From Octopus sinensis (taxonomy: Eukaryota): 64,000 bases of DNA. A model generated the notes under the pieces. The model ran no database searches. It had not been told where the DNA came from and worked only from the letters and a program-made list of their open reading frames with translations. Of this stretch, positions 55,326 through 64,000 are shown one piece after another (the stretch's first letter is position 1; each line of letters starts with the position of its first letter). The position numbers and the translations under genes were made by a program. The DNA lies in contig NC_042997.1 in the NCBI RefSeq assembly GCF_006345805.1, positions 161,324,001 through 161,388,000 on the forward strand, read 5' to 3'.

Positions 55326-55825
55326 CTATATCATATAACATTAATGTATAATATTTAAATATTTTTATTTGAAAATACCATTTTAATAATATTTTTGTAT
55401 CTTATGATATATCAGGCACAGTCCATTTGATAAACTTCCACCTAATTTCCATTTACCCAGGTTTACTCATTAAGCTTTTTTCAACCCAAGACTGTGACAG
55501 ATGCTTGCCAATGTTGTCACACTGTGGAATCAACTCATAGTTATGTAGCTGCAAGTCAAAAACCAAACTTCTCAATCATACAACCATTTACTACAAAAAA
55601 CTTAAAATAACTTACTTCTATCTATTTATTTAGTTATTTATTTATTTATTTATATATTTATTCATTTTTCAACAATTTCACAAATGTTCTTATATTACAC
55701 TGCTTGATAATTGATAGCTTATTTCATCTAAATATTTTAAATCACATACTCATTCTTCTCTGTATTAACATAAATTAACTTTTTTAATCAAGCATTTTAT
55801 TGACATAACAAAATAATAAACATAC

Positions 55826-55987
55826 TTTCTTTCTTTGTGGTGATTATATTCGAAGCATAGCTGAATGGACTGAGACCAAATTTATTCTGACAAGATATTT
55901 TAAATACATAGTCAGTTTCAGGTGTTAGATTTCCAATAAGCGCACATTCATTGGTGGTTTTCATACTTTTCCTCCATTGGTAATCCT
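55826..55987 (-). CDS. unc-89: Obscurin/UNC-89-like exon (FN3, second half)
   Basis: 162 nt, phase 1-1; EDYQWRK...IGNLTPETDYVFKISCQNKFGLSPFS. Confidence 0.92.
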
Positions 55988-56935
55988 CTGCAAAAAATAA
56001 ATAAATAAATAAAAATAATAATAAATATTTAATGAGGGAGAATGAGTATTATCCGAATTATGTTCAAAAAGCTTTGTGAAAATCAATTTATTCATTTGTA
56101 AAACAGTATTAATTATTTGAAGACATAGAATAATATCTTTTTTTTTTTATTTTACACTTTATCAAAAAAGATTTAATGATTCCAGATATAAGAATTAATA
56201 TCTGACTTTATTAAGCTAAGAACGGCAATCATTAAAATATTTCATGAACTAAGAATTCAAAGAATTATGTTAAAAACATTTTTTTAAACTAAACCGCATA
56301 ATTTTAGAGATTAGTAACATTATTTAAATTCCTTGTCTTAATTGGTGCAGCATTTAATTTAGCAAATTGACCATCAATTCATCTTTGTTAATAATGGTGT
56401 CTTATTTAGGAACAATACCAGTAATTTTGATGGGAAGAGAGTAATCTATGCCATTGACTCCAGTACTTGACTGGTACTCTATTACCCAACCCTGTAAAGA
56501 TGACAGGCAAAGATGACCTTGGCAGAATTTGAACGCAGAATGTAAAGACTTAGAACAAATGCCTGAAAGTGTTTCTTCTGACACTACCAATTCTGTCTAC
56601 TCTCCACTTATGTTTAATAATACTGACAATACTCAATAATCTTTATTATTAACACATGAGTCTGAAGGTTCAATGTAAATCAAGATTTTCTTCATCTTTT
56701 ATTAAACCTGATATATAGAAACAGATACTTCACAAACATAATTTATAAGTTTAAGGTAACAGGTGCATCTCATTTTCGTTAAGGTAAACTGAAGCAAAGC
56801 CGTATGAATGGCAAAACTTTCATTGAAAGGCAGAGTATAATAGTAAAGTTTGAATTCTTTAACAAGGGGAAGGTCAGTAGTTAACAATGTAACCTCATAG
56901 CTTCAGTTCTTCTTTCTAAAAGCTGAATCACTCAC

Positions 56936-57067
56936 CTGCTTTTTTGCAATAGACTCTATAAAATATAACTTGGGATTCTCCATCGTATTGAGGTGGATCC
57001 CAAACCAATAAGATTTCTCGATCGGAAACAGCAACAGCAATTGGTCTCTGTGGACGGCTGGTGGCAT
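56936..57067 (-). CDS. unc-89: Obscurin/UNC-89-like exon (FN3, first half)
   Basis: 132 nt, phase 1-1, donor GTGAGT; DATSRPQRPIAVAVSDREILLVWDPPQYDGESQVIFYRVYCKKA. Confidence 0.92.
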
Positions 57068-58163
57068 CTGGAATAGAAAATTATTTTTTATGCTTTTTAA
57101 TTCAATAATTTCTCTTCTTTCCATCCTTTAATGACTAAAGTGTTCAGTAAAACATTTTTACTCTTTATTCTCTCTTTTTTGCTTGTTTCAGTCATTTGAC
57201 TGCAGCCATGCTGGAGCACCACCTTTAGTCGAAAGCAAATCAACCCCAGGACTTATTCTTTGTAAGCCTAGTACTTATTCTATCAGTCTCTTTTGCCAAA
57301 CTGCTAAGTTACGGGGATGTAAACACACCAGCATTGGTTGTCAAGCAATGTTGGGATACAAACACAGACACACAAACATATACACACTATTTTAATTAAT
57401 ATCATTAGTGCTTCGTGTATAATGTGTAATGATATTTTAAATACTACACTGGATGATTGCTAAACATTTCAGTATGTGAATGAATTTTAAGGTTTAAATC
57501 ATATTTAGTTTCATTTTTATTGTTGTTTAGCATCAGGCTAGACCTGGTTGAGCAGATTTAGGATCAAAAATATTTCAACCAGGACTATTTCATATTTTTA
57601 GGACTATTTAGCACTACATTTCTAAATGTTTGTTTTTGTCATTTGTCAGTAGAATGTGATCTGAAGGACGCCTAAGCTGCTTTTTCTAGTGAGTCAAGCA
57701 ATCACATTCTAATTTCTCTCTTGGCTTGTTAATATTATTGTTAAATGACGTAGTAGTTGTAACCCTAGTTAATTCTTTCAATTTATGTAACATGCATTGT
57801 CAACTATTGTACAGCATGTCAAAATGTATTTTAAGCATATAAATAAACATCAAATATGCTTATGCATACTGAGCTGTTTTGTTGTTATGCTGTATGACTT
57901 TTCAAATAATTCTTTTTGTAAACATTTGCCAGATTTGCATTACAACTATACACAGCTATATGAAACAACCTTGCTGTCATGCTGAAGCACCACCTTGAGG
58001 GTTTTTTTAGTTAAACAAATCAGCCCCAGGATTTATTCTTTGTAAGCCTAATACTTATTCTATCAGTCTCTTTTGTTGAACTGATAAGTTACTGGGACAT
58101 ATACACACTAACACCTGTTGTCAAGTGGTGATGGGGGGAACAAACACAAACACAAATATACAC

Positions 58164-58229
<66 letters not shown>

Positions 58230-58230
<1 letters not shown>

Positions 58231-58430
58231 TAGGGAGAGTTTACAAAAAAAACAAAAGACGAAGACAGGTGGTGTACAAAACAAACAGATGTATTAGTAT
58301 AATGCTCAGGAACAGAAAAAGTCTTTTATGTTTCAAGCCTATGCTCTTCTACAGAAAGGGACACAGAAAAAACAAGGAGAGAAACAAGGAGAGAAAAAAA
58401 TGTGTGTAGTGGCTAACGATCTATCATGGC

Positions 58431-58435
<5 letters not shown>
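58230..58435 (-). mobile_element. Pseudo-LTR-like repeat with a CUGUNGA hammerhead-like motif, copy 3
   Basis: Reverse complement of 58323-58358: CTTT-CTGTAGA-A-GAGC(atag)GCTT-GAAAC-ATA-AAAG; (TA)n on both sides. Confidence 0.68.
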
Positions 58436-58468
<33 letters not shown>

Positions 58469-58481
58469 AGAGAGAGAGAGA

Positions 58482-59005
58482 GAGGAATTCAAGATGGGTT
58501 GACCCTGGGAGCTCCTCTATGCTGATGACCTAGCCCTCTTTGCGGAATCACTACCGGAACTCGAAAAGAAATTTCGTGTGTGGAAGCTAGGTTTAGAATC
58601 AAAAGGCCTTAGAATCATTGTAGCAAAGACCAAAGTTCTGGTAAGTAAGAAGGCAAACTCATCACACACCCCCTTAGGTAGGTGGCCCTACTCAATCTGT
58701 AGAAAAGGTGTAGGTAGAAACTCCATAAGATGTACCCAGTGTAAACTATGGACACATAAGAGGTGCAGCAACATCAAAGGAAAATTAACTGAGAAGATAA
58801 CTTTCATGTGTGGCAGATGCACAGGGGCAATAGACACCACAGATACTCAGAAAACAGCTTCCTCACACTCCATGGGGAAAAACTAGAAGTAGTTGATAGT
58901 TTCCGCTACCTAGGTGACCAAGTTAGTAGTTGGGGTGGATGCTCAGAGAGTGTTACCACTAGAATAAGAATAACCTGGGCAAAGTTTAGAAATCTTCTTC
59001 CCCTT
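58482..59005 (+). mobile_element. RTE LINE RT fragment with an internal PHD-like zinc finger
   Basis: G*PWELLYADDL...KTKVL...YSIC...CTQC..WTHKRC...CGRC...(frameshift)LEVVDSFRYLG...RIRITWAKFR. Confidence 0.9.
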
Positions 59006-59310
59006 ATATTGAAATAAAACTGAATGAATTCATTGAGAAATTTGAAATATTATTTAAAAACCTAAAATCTCATTTATATATTAAATATCAAAAATAATTT
59101 ATAACATTAATCCCTGCAAGAAAAAAAATCTACAATATTTTTCAAGTAGTCTAATTCTGGCAAGGATAGAATTATAATTTTATCTTCCAGTAATACATTT
59201 TTCTGATAAAAAGAAATTTAATAAACAACTTTCATTAAATGTTTTCATTAAGATTACTAAGAAAACAAGAAGGAAATGAGAAAAAATATGAAGTTGCTCA
59301 AATTACACAC

Positions 59311-59595
59311 CTCCAATCAAAAGTTTTGCTCGACATGTTGTTCGTCCCATTTTGTTCCGAGCAACACATTTGTACACACCAACATCATATGACTTAGCAC
59401 TAATCAAAGTCAAGGAAGAAACTCCATCTTCGCTGAGTGAAACTCTAATGCGGTTATTCTGTGTAAGATACTCTTCATCTTTATACCAGGCAACACTAAC
59501 ACTGGGTCGGCCTCGGATGAGACACATAAATGTTACATTTTCCCCGTCACGAACAACTTGATCTGTTAATTTGGCACGAAAAATTGGGCGATAAC
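59311..59595 (-). CDS. unc-89: Obscurin/UNC-89-like exon (I-set Ig domain)
   Basis: 285 nt, phase 1-1; YRPIFRAKLTDQVVRDGENVTFMC...AWYKD...DVGVYKCVARNKMGRTTCRAKLLIG. Confidence 0.95.
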
Positions 59596-60383
59596 CTGTA
59601 AATATAAGACATAAAAGTTAGAATTTAAAATAAAATTTGTTAATAACTAGAAATGGTAAGAAAATTATATGAGATGCTTTGAAATTAAATCCATTTACAT
59701 CTTTGGCCACTATAAAGATAATATAACTTTAAGAGACCAAGATGAATAAAGAGCTAATAAGAAAAGTCCTGCTGTTTTAACAGAAGAAAATTCTGTTTAT
59801 CAAGATATAAATAGTTTGTAACTAGTAAATCTTATAAAAACAATGCTACAGTCAAGTAGGTTTGCTTTAATGTTTTCTGAAATAACTATCTCACAGTCAT
59901 TTTATATATATTTGTATTGAGACATACATTGTAAATGAATTTCAGTATAAAAATTCCCATGATAATGACAAGCTAAATTAAATTTTGGTAACCAAGGAAA
60001 TAATTGCTTTTAAAGAGTAGCTAATTAAGAAATTCATCAAGTAAAATGGGAATTCAGAATCCAATTATGAGTGATAATAATGTTTCATTACAATGAAATA
60101 GCATAAATATCTGCTGGAATTGTCTCACTAGATAAACCAAATTTAGAAGGGTATTCTTTATTTGTGAAGTCACTGGAGTTTTCTGTATTATAACATAACT
60201 GGCTTCCATTGATAAATACTTGAAAGAGAGCAATTTAGAAGAGGGTGTTCAATGATGATTTATATTTCATTTTTTTATAGGATGTTCACAAAAGAAAGGC
60301 AGTATCATAAAGAAACGCAGTGCAGGCCTTCCAAAATTAGTGACATAGATTTAGTTAATATTTGTCTTGAACATTTATAGCTC

Positions 60384-60545
60384 TTATGTCTGTAGAAAGT
60401 ATGTTGCTGAGAATGCAGAGAGTTGAAGTTCTGCAGTAAGGCTTTGAAGGTAGACATAGTGAGAACAATGAGATTTTAAGGGAGGCCTAAATATTTCAGA
60501 GGAACAGAAACCATTGTAGTAAACCTTGAAGAAACAGCATGTTTG
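60384..60545 (-). mobile_element. CR1-like LINE 3' remnant
   Basis: CFFKVYYNGFCSSEI resembles the CR1 ORF2 C-terminal motif. Confidence 0.55.
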
Positions 60546-62449
60546 TGACTTAGTGATAAAGATCAATTGGCAATTGAATTTCTAAACTCATAATGGATTT
60601 CTGGGGAACAAAGCATTGGACTCTCAATCTTGAAGTAATGAGTTTGATTCCCAGACTGGGATATGTTCTTGAGCAAAATACATTATTTCACATTGCTCCA
60701 GTTCACTCAGTTGTACAAATGAGTTGCAACGTCACTGGTGCCAAGCTGTATCAGTTTTTGTCTCTTCATTGGATGACATCAGTGGTGTGGAGAGGGGAGG
60801 CTGGTATGCATAGGCAACTGTTGGTCTTCCATAAACAATCTTGCCTGGATTTGTACTTTGAATGGGAACTTTCTAGGTGCAATCTTATGGTCATCCATTA
60901 CCTAAGTAAATTTTTACACTTTTTTTGGCCTTCTATGGATGATGATTTGAATATGAGTATATGCAGTAGCAGTACAAATGTCCCAAACAAGTAAGAAATA
61001 CTTTAGTACGGAACTTAGATTAATTATCTAGAAAGAAAATTTATTATTATTCTGATTTTGTTTCGTTATTTTTTTTTTTGTTCTTGAGAGGGGTAACTAC
61101 TTCAGTCAATGTATATGGAGAAGCTGAATCTCTGTAGCTTTCAACTTTTTAGGTGTTTCTGGTTTAACAGTCACACAATAGGGGAGATAGTGACACAGGA
61201 TTATGTGTCATATTATACTGGTAAGGACAAGACATGACAATGGTGGAAACAGTGATGAAAACAATCACAACATCGATGATGATGATGACGACTACTCCAG
61301 TTTCGAATAGCCTTCCAACTTAAGATAATAACACCAATGAGGATTTTTCTTTAAGATATAGGATTTCATCCCTGGAGGAGTAAAAATAGTAGAGAACTAC
61401 TATTAGAAATACTACAGGTTTAATAGTTTTTCTATATATATAATGAAAGAGAGAAAGAAAGAGAGAGCAAAGATTGAAGGAGAGGTTTTCAACAACAAAA
61501 CTTCATGTATGTGTGTGGTGTCTATGTGTAAATATCAGCTCTTGTCAAGCATCCAACCCACGCCAGCATGGAAAACAGACATTATATGATGATTGTGGTG
61601 GTGGTGGTGGTGGTGGTGGCGGTCGTCGTCGTCGTCATCGTCACAATAATGGTGATGATGATGATGACGATGATGATATATCTTAGGATGGTTTCTCATC
61701 TGAAGTGCTTATAAACTAAGCAGGAATTGAACACAAATTTAAAAATATCAAATAATGAATTATCAAGAAGCCAAATAAGTTACAAAAGTAAGAAACCAGA
61801 ACATAGAGAATTCAGGAGTGAAAACAAAATTAGGTGGCTTTACTTTGTCTAAGAAAATTGGGATTTGTAATGAAAATGTTCCAGCCTGAAAACAAATGAA
61901 GGAAAAGCATAATACTTTTGTAGCATTTTAGAAAATAAGAACTGGATTAACTAATCATATTTTATGAATGGCAAGGGTCTAGAAAAGTCACTCAGGTGTA
62001 AGAACAGGTAAAAGGTACTATTTTATATATGAGGGATTAAAGATGTTTTCTTTTTTTATGTTAGCACTTCTGAAAATATTTTTTATTTGATGATATTACA
62101 ATATCCTGAATATAGGTTTTCTTAAGGTTTTACAGAGGTCACTACCAGTTTACTTTTGTTGGGGAAGACCACCAAATAGTGAAAATATTTTTGAAAATTA
62201 TTACATTCTTGTTGTTTAAGCCCCCACCAAATCAGCACCACACTTACAACAGATATTAAGGCATATCAGCTTTGATAATCATGTCTTTTCTTTCTTTCAT
62301 TCTTTTCCCTAGGAATAGTAAACCCAGCACTTAGTTGTCCAACGTTTTTTCAAAATGTATTATGTGATTTGAGGGGGGGGGGGATATTTGGCTGCTATTT
62401 CTGGTACACCAAGTGACTTTTTAAGGCTCCTTCACTATCTCACACCAAT

Positions 62450-62740
62450 GTATATAGTAAATACTGATACATGATAATACTGACAAACCTTGCCAGTGAT
62501 ACAGAGAAGGCACTTGTGCCAGTGACACATAAAAGGCACTTGTGCCAGTGACACAAAAAAGGCACTTGTACCAGCGACACATAAAAGGCACCCACTACAC
62601 TCTTGGAGTGGTTGGTGTTAGGAAGGGCATCCAACCATAGAAACCAAGCCAAACGAGACTGTCAAACCCATGCTAGCACAGAAAATAGATGCTAAGTGGT
62701 GATGATGATGATAATGATGATGATGATGATGATGATGATA
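62450..62740 (+). mobile_element. SINE family C with a short internal tandem repeat
   Basis: 'aaaaggcacttgtgccagtgacac' about three times, then the family-C 3' end and a (GAT)n tail. Confidence 0.8.
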
Positions 62741-62750
62741 AAACTGTTAC

Positions 62751-63249
62751 CTTCTTTTGGCATGCCTACACTTGGTTTCCTTTCCATCACATAAACTTGG
62801 CCTTCTTTTTCACGAGCAATTTGACGTTCATTTCGTATTTCTGAACTAGCAGATACCCATTCCACTTCTTTTTCCATTTGAACTATTTTGTCATGTTCAA
62901 TATCGAGTTCAGAAAGACGCCTCTTAGTTCTTGCTTTTATTCTGATTTCTTCATCTTCCTCTGCTCCTATTTCATTTTCATTTTCTCCATTTTCACCTTG
63001 GGATTTTAGTTCAGTATACATCCTGGTACGCAAAGAATATTCAGATTCACTTCTTGGTTCAAATCGTTTATTCCAGTCAAAGCGTGTTTCTGAGTCTAAG
63101 AATTCACCATATTCTCTTGAATCAGGGTAAATTATTTTATTAGTTTCTGGATCAATTTCTGGTTTGAGAGAAGGAGCTGATGGTATAACAACTTCCATTT
63201 TTGTCAAACTTTCCAATCGAGCAGTTTTTACAGTGGCACTAGATTTTCT
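62751..63249 (-). CDS. unc-89: Obscurin/UNC-89-like exon (charged linker, probably inter-kinase region)
   Basis: 499 nt, polypyrimidine tract + AG at 63250-63251, open frame, phase-1 GT donor that splices in frame to the Ig exon; the gene continues beyond the window end. Confidence 0.82.
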
Positions 63250-64000
63250 CTGAAGAAAGCAAAAAATAAAAACATCAAGTATTTAAAGTTTTTCCATTTG
63301 AGAACTTATATTTTATAGATTACATATGTAAATATAAAAAAAATTGTTTGAAATAAATGCATGTTTTTCTGCTTTTAGAGGAATTGAAAGGAAATCTAGA
63401 TTGTAGGTTTTTTTGTTTTTTGTCTTTTTTAGATTTAAGACCTTATTTTTTTCACCAACACAAATACTTCAGTAAAGCAAACAATAAAAAAATTATTTTG
63501 TAATACATATAAATTGATTCTTTTTTTTTTTTATTAATTCAATAATAATAAGATTCCATCTTCAAATATCTATAAATATATGATATACTTATTTTCTAAG
63601 TATAAGAAAAATTGTTATGTGTTTTGTTTTTGAACCTCATAATCATTTCAGTAAGAAACAAAAGTGAATTTCTTAAGTGGTTTCTGTATTTCATTATTTC
63701 AGCATAATAATAGAACATTTTAAAAGCAATTCAAGAATAACAAGAATTCAATTACATTAAAAATAAAACCTCAGTCGGAAATAGTATATCTTGAAATAGC
63801 AAATGAAAACTAGAATCAGAAGAAATAAGTAGTGGCCTGTCAGCAAAAATCAGTTCCTAAATTTCACAAGTTTGAATAAGTTCATAAGCTGTGGAAAGAT
63901 ATTAATTCTATTGTATTTGCTCAAGACTTTTTTAGAGAAATTTTTTTTCTCTGTAGAACTTAGAATTCATGTCTCCTTTGCCATACAAACATATTTAAAT

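Noticed and set aside
38116-63249. Alternative identity as twitchin/titin or Trio/kalirin
   Set aside because: No Ig domains follow the kinase (unlike twitchin/titin), the upstream exon is a low-complexity linker, and YTFLEE, YTEDD and RFD..Y.N.S..A..F match SPEG/obscurin kinase 2. Not formally excluded without a phylogeny.

Overview
AT-rich, microsatellite-dense animal genomic DNA. The repeat landscape (tRNA-derived SINEs, RTE/CR1/R4 LINE remnants, Penelope-like elements, non-autonomous Helitrons) points to an octopus-type cephalopod; this is inference from repeat style, not a database match. Two protein-coding genes converge across about 30 kb with no clear gene between them. (1) On +, the terminal exon of an ANKRD33B-like ankyrin-repeat gene (7816-8342). 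(2) On -, the last nine coding exons of an obscurin/UNC-89/SPEG-type muscle giant kinase gene (63249 to 38116). All junctions are GT-AG and phase-consistent (3672 nt), giving linker-Ig-FN3-kinase-long Ser-rich tail; the kinase has lost its catalytic Lys, HRD Asp and DFG Gly. The most unusual signal is a set of hammerhead-ribozyme-like motifs in three different microsatellite-embedded repeat families. One lies in the putative pseudo-LTR of a young Neptune-type Penelope element (1.1-5.6 kb). One is a three-copy family with a CUGUNGA variant core. One is a tRNA-headed SINE-like element present as a head-to-head fold-back pair (27.1-27.6 kb). Repeat boundaries are approximate (about 10-30 nt); exon boundaries were read base by base. 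Some frameshifts and one 1.05-kb duplication may be long-read artefacts.
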